The position numbers and the translations under genes are program-made. Positions 1-8,076 of a stretch of DNA of 32,845 nt are shown here, piece after piece (the first letter of the stretch is position 1; the number at the start of each line of letters is the position of its first letter). A model generated the notes under the pieces. That model made no database searches. It saw nothing but the letters and a program-made list of their open reading frames with translations, and was not told the DNA's origin. The stretch is from a virus (taxonomy: Duplodnaviria; Caudoviricetes): positions 1-32,845 of the IMG/VR virus record IMGVR_UViG_3300047310_000301. One strand, given 5' to 3'.

Positions 1-327
1 GACTTGACTTCCTGCCTTAAGAGTAATCGTAAACGTAACAACGCGCCTGCTTACTGTATAGAAAGTACTCGCTAAGACCGCCCCGTTAACATAGACAACA
101 GTAGGGACATAAGGAGTTACGTTAGCCGGAAGCACTATTATATTAGTAGGTGCTCCTATACTAGCATTAAAGGAGTTCTGAGTATAAGCGGCTCCTACTG
201 CTAGCTCATCGTTGAGGAAATTACGTAGGTATAGCTCATCATCGTAGTAGGGGAATAGACTCCTAGGTCCTCCCCATAGAGTCTTGCCCCAGAGAGTACC
301 GCCCCAAGTGTTAGGGATAATCGCCAT
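1..327 (-). CDS. Putative tail-associated virion protein, 5' part (runs off window edge)
   Basis: ATG at 327 immediately after the tail spike stop; frame open to position 1 (MAIIPNTWGGTLWGKTLWGG...VVYVNGAVL...); beta-rich composition; not in ORF track. Confidence 0.6.
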   Translation of the reverse strand, partial: MAIIPNTWGGTLWGKTLWGGPRSLFPYYDDELYLRNFLNDELAVGAAYTQNSFNASIGAPTNIIVLPANVTPYVPTVVYVNGAVLASTFYTVSRRVVTFTITLKAGSQV

Positions 328-328
328 A

Positions 329-2665
329 TTAGAAGGCTACTTGACCTCTAGACAGGACAACTACAGCAGGACTACCTATGTTAGAGACTCGAAAGACGAA
401 TTTATGCGAGAATCCACCGTTAGTAGTCAGGACTGAGGTGATACCCGCGGCCAGGGTGACTCCGGCTCCGAGGCCTAGAGTATTAACTCCGCCGCTCGCA
501 TTCCAGACCGTGAAGTCAAAGGTCATTCCGACCTGAGGATTAGGCAAGGCCGCTATGATGTTAGCCGCTGTATCGGTCGTATCAGTCTGTGCTCCACCGG
601 CAGTCCTGAGCCATAGTCCGTTAATTAGGGAAGCGGCAGGAATCGCCATCGCTCCTACAGTTGCCGCTGTGGTCATTACAGTACTTCCGGTTATTCTTCC
701 CTGAGCACTCAAGTTGGAGTTCTGATCTATCCTAGCAGCAGGAAGGCCTCCTGTAGCGGCATTAGTCCTGAAGTTAATACCTACCGCATTCTGGACCGCT
801 ATGTTAAGATCACTGTCGGCATAGATACTCGCGTTAGCAGAGGCAGAGAAGAAATAACCGCTCCCTGCTGGCATATCCTCATTGAAGCCGCTTTCAATGG
901 TCAGGTGAGTGTTATCGGTAATTCCTACGATAGTCCTTAGCTCATTGCCGTTAGCTAGGATTAGCTTGCCTACGGCGGCCTGAGATAGAAAGGTAGTCCC
1001 TACTCCAGTAACCGCATTACCTATAGAAGCAATAGATCCACTTCCGAGGGAGAAGAATCCCGCAAGCCTCAGGAGCGGCGAGGAAGTCTGGTTCCTAATA
1101 GTTAAGGCCCCCTGGAAGCTAAACCGAGGAATAACGGCTCCACAGTCGAAGAAATCACCATTAGCAAGCCAGCCGCGGTGCCCCTTGTTATTAGGCAGGC
1201 CGGAAGAGTCGCCTATCTGATAGGGCCAGTACTGACTTCCTATTCCTCTACCGGCATCGCCGCTTATCCCGATAGAAGATCCGTTACCAACAGGAGTACA
1301 GATAAACCTATTCTCCGAGGGCAGGAAATCATAGAGAGCGGCCCCTGCTGGCTGCCTGACATACTTAATAGCGGTACCTGTACCGGGGACTAGGTTAGGC
1401 TGAATCTGGCCGAGGAGGAACAAGTTATTATCGGCCCAGCCCAGGTATAGACCGTAGGACGCTGCTGTATCATTGGCATAGAGTATATACGGATTGATAA
1501 AGACATTGAGGAAGTTCCCACTATTGAAGTTCAGGTTCGTTGGCCCGATCTGGATTCCATTCGCTCCACTCTGAGCCTGATCTATGAATAGATTCATGAA
1601 GAGGTTATTCTCAGTAGCGGCATTGAAACTTGCTCCGGCATCTATACGCAATCCTATGCTACCAGGAGCACCGGCTACTAGGGACAGGAGAGGGAAATTT
1701 GCGAAGGATACGGCATAGATATCAAAGAGAATTCCAGCTTTAGCGTTGCCGTTAACCCTAAGATTCCCGAAGCCGCCGCTGAAAGTAGGGCCATTATACC
1801 TCACCACGGTTCCGCCATTAGGCCCTAACCAGAGGAGGTCAGTAGCGGCAGGACTAAAGGCATTCCTACCGGAGCCGGAGCCATTGATCGTAATATTCTG
1901 CTTAGTCGAGGTAGTAAAGCCTACTCCATTGCCGATATAGAGAGTCTGATAGAGGTTCCAGGTGCCCGGAGGAATATTAACTGTTCCGCCATTGGCAGGC
2001 AAGGTATTCATCGCCTCGAAAATCCCTGAGCTAGCCGAGCTTAAGCTCCAAGCGCCCGGATGGTTAATAGCAGGCGTAAACTGAACTGTCCCAGAGGCCG
2101 CTCCACTTACCGCTGTACCGCCAGTAATAAGAACAGCCTCTGAGTTAGCACCGTCGTTGATATACAAGTAATGATAAGCGTCGCCTCCATTAACCCCATA
2201 AGGCACAGGAGAAAGCATTACACTTGCACCAACGCCGGCGGTAAGACCTCCGGTGAAGCTCTGGGAGGGGAAATTATAGACATCCGAGTAAAGAGTGGTT
2301 CGGAATTGAGAGACATTGGCCTCTAGAGATTTGATCTCAGCGGCCATTTGATTGTGATAATACCTGTTAATGAAGTTAGAGACCAATGCTCCGGCCAGGT
2401 GTGCTGCCGCGCTACTTCCGTCGAATCCGCGTCCACTAGGGGCTACGGTAAAGGTATTAGCGGTCATTCCGAGTACCGCTATGTACTCACTATCAATGGC
2501 AATGATACAAGGGACTAGGAATCCCGTCGTGGAGAGGACTACTATAGTGCTGTCGCCCGCACCTATAGGAGAGACTAGAGTCGTAACGGCACCATTAGCG
2601 GCAACGAAGAGATCATTGTCAGTGGCCGTTCTACCGGGGAAAACTGGAGTATTTGGATTGGGCAC
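329..2665 (-). CDS. Tail spike/fibre (receptor-binding protein) with right-handed beta-helix region
   Basis: 778 aa, Gly/Asn/Ala/Thr rich; pectate-lyase-like entry motif AMNTLPANGGTVNIPPGTW; N-terminal anchor-like segment RGFDGSSAAAHLAGALV; follows adaptor genes. Confidence 0.75.
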   Translation of the reverse strand: MPNPNTPVFPGRTATDNDLFVAANGAVTTLVSPIGAGDSTIVVLSTTGFLVPCIIAIDSEYIAVLGMTANTFTVAPSGRGFDGSSAAAHLAGALVSNFINRYYHNQMAAEIKSLEANVSQFRTTLYSDVYNFPSQSFTGGLTAGVGASVMLSPVPYGVNGGDAYHYLYINDGANSEAVLITGGTAVSGAASGTVQFTPAINHPGAWSLSSASSGIFEAMNTLPANGGTVNIPPGTWNLYQTLYIGNGVGFTTSTKQNITINGSGSGRNAFSPAATDLLWLGPNGGTVVRYNGPTFSGGFGNLRVNGNAKAGILFDIYAVSFANFPLLSLVAGAPGSIGLRIDAGASFNAATENNLFMNLFIDQAQSGANGIQIGPTNLNFNSGNFLNVFINPYILYANDTAASYGLYLGWADNNLFLLGQIQPNLVPGTGTAIKYVRQPAGAALYDFLPSENRFICTPVGNGSSIGISGDAGRGIGSQYWPYQIGDSSGLPNNKGHRGWLANGDFFDCGAVIPRFSFQGALTIRNQTSSPLLRLAGFFSLGSGSIASIGNAVTGVGTTFLSQAAVGKLILANGNELRTIVGITDNTHLTIESGFNEDMPAGSGYFFSASANASIYADSDLNIAVQNAVGINFRTNAATGGLPAARIDQNSNLSAQGRITGSTVMTTAATVGAMAIPAASLINGLWLRTAGGAQTDTTDTAANIIAALPNPQVGMTFDFTVWNASGGVNTLGLGAGVTLAAGITSVLTTNGGFSHKFVFRVSNIGSPAVVVLSRGQVAF

Positions 2666-2677
2666 TCTTCGCTCCTA

Positions 2678-3355
2678 TTAGTAACCTTCGTCTACGCTGA
2701 TACCAAATTGGCCGATAGGCAGGACCGGCGCGGCAGGATAGTAATTGCTGCTCACGATCTCATTAACGATCAGCTTGCGCGGCCTGCTGTAAAGCTCGTC
2801 CAGGTGATTATAGAAATCAGCACTCATCGCTTCCCACTTCTTGCCGAAGTAAGCGGATAACTTCATGTTCTGACCAGGACCTTCAATATTGAAGAGGAGC
2901 TTAGCGGCAAACTGCTTAAGAAGCTGCCGCCGGGCATATTCAGGCACCCTGAACAAGTTATTGTCAGTAGCCCTATAGAACTCCACTATACAACCCTTAA
3001 GGATATTCTGGCCGAGGAACAAGCTACCTGTCACCACAGGCAGGTTATCAGGAGGATTCGGAAATAGCTGGATCTGGTTCAGACCTACGTTATTATACAC
3101 GTACCAGAAAGGCTTGCCTTTTTGGCCTGCGCTTTGGAAGACCTCGCGGAAATTCCTTTGCGGCAGGGGATCGAGTTTCTGACTTAGGTAAGTGATTCTC
3201 TTAATCGAGCAGACATAATCAGGCAGAGTATAGATATTAGTACCTGCTACTATAGGCAAGGAGAGCCTGTCTATGAGAAACGGATGCTCAGTAGAGAGTT
3301 CATTCTCCGCCTGGAAGTAATACCTCTGGAGGACAGTAGTATCGAATAAGGGCAA
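2678..3355 (-). CDS. Head-tail adaptor / tail tubular-like protein
   Basis: 225 aa; pattern IVAGTNIYTLPD...GKPFWY...IQLFPNP typical of podovirus adaptor proteins; position between capsid and tail genes. Confidence 0.6.
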   Translation of the reverse strand: MPLFDTTVLQRYYFQAENELSTEHPFLIDRLSLPIVAGTNIYTLPDYVCSIKRITYLSQKLDPLPQRNFREVFQSAGQKGKPFWYVYNNVGLNQIQLFPNPPDNLPVVTGSLFLGQNILKGCIVEFYRATDNNLFRVPEYARRQLLKQFAAKLLFNIEGPGQNMKLSAYFGKKWEAMSADFYNHLDELYSRPRKLIVNEIVSSNYYPAAPVLPIGQFGISVDEGY

Positions 3356-3357
3356 GG

Positions 3358-3987
3358 TCAGATCCTCATAAGCAGGTCAGCATTACAGAGGCGGCGACAC
3401 CGAGTCTTATAGTCCTCGCGATTAGCATAATAGGACTGCCAGAAGGGAGCCGCCTTGCCTGGTTCCTCTGCTGATTCCAGCAGGTCTGCGGTACAATAAT
3501 CCCAGAACATATTCTGAACATCGCTCGCTATGAGCGGAGAATCCAGGTCACTTATCAGGATAGGAGCCTTGGCCCAATAAAAGAGTTTAAACGACTGTCC
3601 TGTCCCTATCAGCAAGTGAGGAGCCACCGCTATATACTGTCTTGCATGACTGGCCCAGAATTGCGGCATTCCGTTCCATATTTCCCAGTCCCTCCGCAAG
3701 CGGTCGAAGTCACGTAGTGACACGTCATCACGCAACCATTGATTAGTAGCAATGTTGAATATAGCGATAGTTCCCATGTAGTCTGGAACACCGTTATGCT
3801 CAAAATCATAGTAAACCAGATCATCCTGCCAGGGGAGGACTACTGTCTTAACTAGGCACTGAGTCTTGGATACGATCTCGTTATAAGCATCCTGGATCGA
3901 ATCGTTAATATCGCCCAGAGCATAGTAGGTTATAGCCGCGTCGGCCAGGTTCCTCTGTATGGTCGCTACTATCTCGCCGCGTGTCAT
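3358..3987 (-). CDS. Head-tail adaptor protein (probable paralog of neighbour)
   Basis: 209 aa; MTRGEIVATIQRNLAD...INDSIQDAYNEI N-terminal helices and GMPQFW...IAVAP segment typical of adaptors; ATGA overlap with upstream gene. Confidence 0.65.
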   Translation of the reverse strand: MTRGEIVATIQRNLADAAITYYALGDINDSIQDAYNEIVSKTQCLVKTVVLPWQDDLVYYDFEHNGVPDYMGTIAIFNIATNQWLRDDVSLRDFDRLRRDWEIWNGMPQFWASHARQYIAVAPHLLIGTGQSFKLFYWAKAPILISDLDSPLIASDVQNMFWDYCTADLLESAEEPGKAAPFWQSYYANREDYKTRCRRLCNADLLMRI

Positions 3988-4565
3988 TTCTTCAGGACTA
4001 GCCCTTTCATCTCAGCGGCAACGAGTGCCTCATAGGGGATATAAGCCTCGCCCTTCCTACAGGCGGTTATCGTATTAAACTCTTCTCCCTCTTCGGGCAT
4101 GGACTTAATGTTTTTGAAGCCCACTTCGCGCAAGAGGCCTTCAAGCTCAAGACTGTCCATAAGGGCAACGTGATAGTCAGAAGGATACAGTTGTCGTCCA
4201 TAGATGGTTGCTTCCCAGAAAGTCTTAAGCCCTCCCTTATTAGTCTTCCAGTTCTCTACGCACTTGATGAACTCAGGATAGCTAATATAGAAGATGCCGT
4301 CCATCTCTAGTACTCGATGAATCTCTCCGAGGATGCTTCTGTGCAGGCGCTTGCTTATGTGCTCAATAGTATGGAAGAAAAAGACCTGCTTAATGGTTCC
4401 GTTCTCAAAGGGCAGGGCTTTCTTAGTAAAGTCATGAACTAGGTCAGGGTGACAGGAAATCTCGCTGTCGATGTTAACCGCTCCCTCGATCTTACTAGAC
4501 CCGCAGCCCAGATTCAATACTAGCGGCTTCGCTTCTGGCGACTGTTTCTTGGACTTTTTTTGCAT
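3984..4565 (-). CDS. Class I SAM-dependent methyltransferase (Methyltransf_11-like)
   Basis: LNLGCG SAM-binding motif, VNID, LPFENGT, HTIEH; start probably ATG 4565 (ORF track extends to 4604); overlaps glycosyltransferase 3' end. Confidence 0.85.
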   Translation of the reverse strand: MQKKSKKQSPEAKPLVLNLGCGSSKIEGAVNIDSEISCHPDLVHDFTKKALPFENGTIKQVFFFHTIEHISKRLHRSILGEIHRVLEMDGIFYISYPEFIKCVENWKTNKGGLKTFWEATIYGRQLYPSDYHVALMDSLELEGLLREVGFKNIKSMPEEGEEFNTITACRKGEAYIPYEALVAAEMKGLVLKK

Positions 4566-5289
4566 AAGTAGTGCCCCTGTCTCCTGCCTCATTAGGCTTA
4601 TCAAGCAGCTCAGGAAACTGCCGCTCCATGTAGGCCTTATAGTTCTTCTTATTAGTACTGTCGATCACTTCATTCCAGAGAATGTGCCCGCACGTGACCG
4701 TTGTATCCGCTTTGATAACGGCATCCGGAACTTGAATCTTAGCCTTGAGGCAGAAGTAAATGTCCTCGGTATTAGTCGGCCCAGTGATGAAATGAGGAAT
4801 ACCTACGCGCTTGAGCAGGCTCACCTTGATTAAACAGAAGGAAAAGCCTACCGCATCTACAGGAATCGGGCCGAGCGGCTTAGGGAGAGTCTTTAGCGGC
4901 TTCAGGGACTTCTTAGCTTTATCCGTATATCGAAATAGCATGTGATCGAAGGGATAGCCCCTTATTATCACATCGCCTGCCGCTATGTCTGCATCAAGAG
5001 CTATGAGCTTCTTTAGGCCATCGACAGGGAGAAGCACATCGTCATCAATAAAGAGGAGGTAATCGCACTCCTCACGCATGGCTAGTTCAGAGGCCATATT
5101 ACGCATCCGATCTATGCTCATCCTGGGCGGATTAACTAGCATCACGTCAACGTCAGGATACGAGCGACCTAAGCGATAGAAGAACTGGATATGATTAGAG
5201 TAGGCAGGATGAGTAGTCGTTACGAGCGAGTTTATGCCTATGGCTATTTTAGTCCTCTTAACCTTCTTCTCTACAAAATACTCTTTCAA
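4495..5289 (-). CDS. GT-A fold (family 2-like) glycosyltransferase
   Basis: IDRMRN, YLLFIDDD (DxD), VGFSFCLIK, TEDIYFC and CGH motifs; TTG start with AAGGA RBS. Confidence 0.85.
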   Translation of the reverse strand: MKEYFVEKKVKRTKIAIGINSLVTTTHPAYSNHIQFFYRLGRSYPDVDVMLVNPPRMSIDRMRNMASELAMREECDYLLFIDDDVLLPVDGLKKLIALDADIAAGDVIIRGYPFDHMLFRYTDKAKKSLKPLKTLPKPLGPIPVDAVGFSFCLIKVSLLKRVGIPHFITGPTNTEDIYFCLKAKIQVPDAVIKADTTVTCGHILWNEVIDSTNKKNYKAYMERQFPELLDKPNEAGDRGTTYAKKVQETVARSEAASIESGLRV

Positions 5290-5300
5290 GAATTCCTTTC

Positions 5301-5343
5301 AAAAAGAGCCGCCCGAACCACATGGCAGGAATCCGAGCGGCCC
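5301..5343 (-). terminator. Rho-independent terminator after capsid/decoration genes
   Basis: Minus strand GGGCCGCTCGGAT-loop-GTTCGGGCGGCTC followed by TTTTT; a second hairpin lies at 5348-5371. Confidence 0.75.
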
Positions 5344-5383
5344 AAATCTCTAAGCCCCCTCAGACTTAGAGTAACCTATTAGC

Positions 5384-5908
5384 CTAGAGCATCCTTACGA
5401 ATACCCTAGCTCCCACCGAGGATAGAGTCTGAGTGCTACCAGGTCCGGAAGTTACGCTCGCCTGAGTAGCTTGAGCGGCCACCGAATCGACCAGAATAGC
5501 AAACGGAATGTAATTGCTCGCCGGGGCCGCCGCTGCCGCTAATTGAAACATGTTATTAACGGTATCGAGCTGAAGTACACCGCCAGCGGCACTACTTGCA
5601 ATAGCGGGCCAATTAGCACTTGTTGCGCTCCTGGTAAGCACTTCAACAAGGGCGAAACGAGCAAGCCCGTATGCGATTACGTCTCCGTACTCACCAGGAG
5701 CCATATTCTTAGTAGCTACGCCGTAAGCATAGCCAAAAGCGCCGGCTGACGCCGTGGATGGAAGAACTACATCCAGTCCGTCATTAGCATCAGCCACGCC
5801 CGTAAGCTGAAGACAAACGGGCTGTCCACGTAGAATAGTAACTGTGTCATCATTACGAGCTACGTGCATCTCAGAGTCGGCTTTGTTACCTGCAAGTTTT
5901 AGTCTCAT
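5384..5908 (-). CDS. Capsid decoration/cement-like protein
   Basis: 174 aa, Ala/Gly/Val rich, YGVATKNMAPGEYGDVIAYG; directly after the major capsid gene, GGAG RBS, followed by terminator. Confidence 0.6.
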   Translation of the reverse strand: MRLKLAGNKADSEMHVARNDDTVTILRGQPVCLQLTGVADANDGLDVVLPSTASAGAFGYAYGVATKNMAPGEYGDVIAYGLARFALVEVLTRSATSANWPAIASSAAGGVLQLDTVNNMFQLAAAAAPASNYIPFAILVDSVAAQATQASVTSGPGSTQTLSSVGARVFVRML

Positions 5909-5932
5909 GGTTATCTCCTAAGCCTCCTCTCC

Positions 5933-7042
5933 TTAAGTAAGAGTCCTGGCAATCTTAGCCAAGACGCCCTGTTTCCGCCTGTTGTTAATAGTAGTCTGGC
6001 CCATCCAGCCGACATGACCGACACGAGAATCGCCGTTAATAGGCTTGACGAAGGACTTGCCGTTCTCATCCTTCAGAAGTTCCCAATTCCGGTCCTTATG
6101 ATACCGGACCTTGAAGAACTTCGTGTTGAGGAAATAGCAGGAGCCGTACTGCATCGTAGTCGGATCTACTACGCCGCCGCTTTGGACACCGGGAAGGCCG
6201 TTGAATACGTCGGGCACCTTGTCATCCATTACGACCTTGGCGTTGAGGAATTTCTTGCCTACGAACGGATAGTGACCGTCAATGGCATCTGGCGATGCCT
6301 TATAGACAGAGAAGTACGCATGGATGAAGTTCTGGTAAGTTACCTGATCCATGAGCATCAGATTAGGCTGGCCGCCGGTCCCCAGAGCGCAGAGATTGTA
6401 CATGTTCTCCAGCTCATAGAGGAATCCACTGTTGGTGGTAGCGGCAGAAGTAGCCCACTTATTCTTCCACCAAGCGTTAGTACCTTCGGGGATGTTCCCT
6501 ACTGTGAGGTTCGTGTTATAGGAAACAAGCAGCGGCAGGGGATTGATACCCAATGAGCCGTTAACGCCGCTAACTCTGGGACTCGTAATCAGGCCACCGC
6601 TAGGCTGAGCGCCCCAATAGAAGGCCTTAGCCCAACCTTCCTGGATTCCTAGCTCGCTCTGCGATATTCGAGACTTAACCAGATCAATAATCCGGTGCTG
6701 ATTCTGAATTACCTCCTTCATGTTATACACGATAGGAGATGCCATCTGACGCCACTCATAAATAGCCTGAGTAATACCGTCAGTGGGAAGTGTGGAGAGT
6801 TCGTCGTATCCGTCGTAGGAGTCCGCGTCTGCCAGCCCGTACATTAGGTCTTCACCAAAGTACGTGCCGCCGTCGGCTTCTTCGTAAGAATCGGAGGCGA
6901 GAATCTCATAAAGCAGGGCGTTCGTTGCGCCGATATTGTCTATTAACTGCTTTCGATAATTCGCCAGTGATTGCGCGAAGACCGAATCCAGATAAGTAGT
7001 AATATTCGACGGAGCGGACGTAGAGCCGAATGTGATTGCCAA
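5933..7042 (-). CDS. Major capsid protein (HK97 fold)
   Basis: 369 aa; SYDGYDEL, AIYEWRQ, YFLNTKF and C-terminal PINGDSRVGHVGWMGQTTINNRRKQGVL resemble podovirus MCPs; follows scaffold. Confidence 0.85.
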   Translation of the reverse strand: MAITFGSTSAPSNITTYLDSVFAQSLANYRKQLIDNIGATNALLYEILASDSYEEADGGTYFGEDLMYGLADADSYDGYDELSTLPTDGITQAIYEWRQMASPIVYNMKEVIQNQHRIIDLVKSRISQSELGIQEGWAKAFYWGAQPSGGLITSPRVSGVNGSLGINPLPLLVSYNTNLTVGNIPEGTNAWWKNKWATSAATTNSGFLYELENMYNLCALGTGGQPNLMLMDQVTYQNFIHAYFSVYKASPDAIDGHYPFVGKKFLNAKVVMDDKVPDVFNGLPGVQSGGVVDPTTMQYGSCYFLNTKFFKVRYHKDRNWELLKDENGKSFVKPINGDSRVGHVGWMGQTTINNRRKQGVLAKIARTLT

Positions 7043-7066
7043 TTATTTGCTCCGGAGCCTTAAGGC

Positions 7067-7864
7067 TCAGTTGGTCTTTCCAAGAGCCTCTACTGCTTTC
7101 TCAATAGAGTCTCGGAGAGACATTTTCTCGTTTTGAACTACATCTCCCTCTTTAGGAGCGGCAGCCCGTGCGGATGCGAGCCTTGACGGCGCATCAGTGC
7201 GATTACGCTCAATACGAGCGGATTTGTCGATAGTCTTAGGAGTAATCCCTTCCTTAAAGGCCACGACCGAGAAAACATCAGTGATATAGTCCTCAACTGA
7301 CATACCTTCGGTGGGATTCATTTTCTCCATTTGTTTCTGCATAGCGGACTGAACTTTATCAGGAATAGCGTCCGCATCGAAGTATCGCTTAGCTAGGCTA
7401 CTCATCACCGTGCCAGCATCAGCGGCTAGTTTTGCTTCCTCACTCTCCTTAATAGTGGAGCGGATATCAGCCTGACTCTCGGCTACTTTCTTAGAGATGA
7501 TCTTATCAAGAGCGGGACCGAGGCGTTTGGAGATGATCTCGAACTCAGGGCCTAGGTTCTCCTCAAGGACGCTCATAATATCATCCTTGACGACTGCCGC
7601 TGCCTTGTTATCTCTAATGTATCCGGCTTGCTCTGCTAGGTACTTCAGAATAGCAGGAGCCTGTCCCGGATCCTTCAGAGCGGCAAACAACTGCTTAGCC
7701 TGGACCTGCTCGACTTCACTTAGACCGAGGCTAGTATCAGGCTCTGGCTCTTTAGCCTCAGGAGCCTTTTCCTCAGCAGGAGCAGAAATCTCCTCCGCAG
7801 GAGCAGGAGCAGGAGTATTCTTAACTGCGTCTTCTATTGCACTTCCTAGTGTCTCTTCTGGCAT
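7067..7864 (-). CDS. Scaffolding protein
   Basis: 265 aa; acidic Pro/Ala-rich N-terminus, helical, C-terminal SLRDSIEKAVEAL; between portal and MCP. Confidence 0.7.
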   Translation of the reverse strand: MPEETLGSAIEDAVKNTPAPAPAEEISAPAEEKAPEAKEPEPDTSLGLSEVEQVQAKQLFAALKDPGQAPAILKYLAEQAGYIRDNKAAAVVKDDIMSVLEENLGPEFEIISKRLGPALDKIISKKVAESQADIRSTIKESEEAKLAADAGTVMSSLAKRYFDADAIPDKVQSAMQKQMEKMNPTEGMSVEDYITDVFSVVAFKEGITPKTIDKSARIERNRTDAPSRLASARAAAPKEGDVVQNEKMSLRDSIEKAVEALGKTN

Positions 7865-7873
7865 AATAGTGAC

Positions 7874-7909
7874 CTCGCTTCGCTTCTCGCTTCGCTTCTC
7901 GCTTCGCTT
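7874..7909. repeat. 12-bp tandem repeat CTCGCTTCGCTT x3
   Basis: Three exact copies at 7874, 7886 and 7898, just upstream of the scaffold start. Confidence 0.95.
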
Positions 7910-8075
7910 ATTTCTTAAGTGCCCAGCCCTTAGGCTCGCCTGACTTCACTCCCTTAAAATGCCCACTTGCCATTAACGCCTTAAGCTTACCGTGGAGCAT
8001 ACTCCGTATAGCGAGCCGCTTGAGCTTATAGGGCTTAGGGATTCTAACAGGCTCGATTTTCGATAGGTTTTCCAT
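7908..8075 (-). CDS. Small basic hypothetical protein (55 aa)
   Basis: MENLSKIEPVRIPKPYKLKR...WALKK; ATG just after the portal stop, fills the portal-scaffold gap. Confidence 0.55.
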   Translation of the reverse strand: MENLSKIEPVRIPKPYKLKRLAIRSMLHGKLKALMASGHFKGVKSGEPKGWALKK

Positions 8076-8076
8076 C

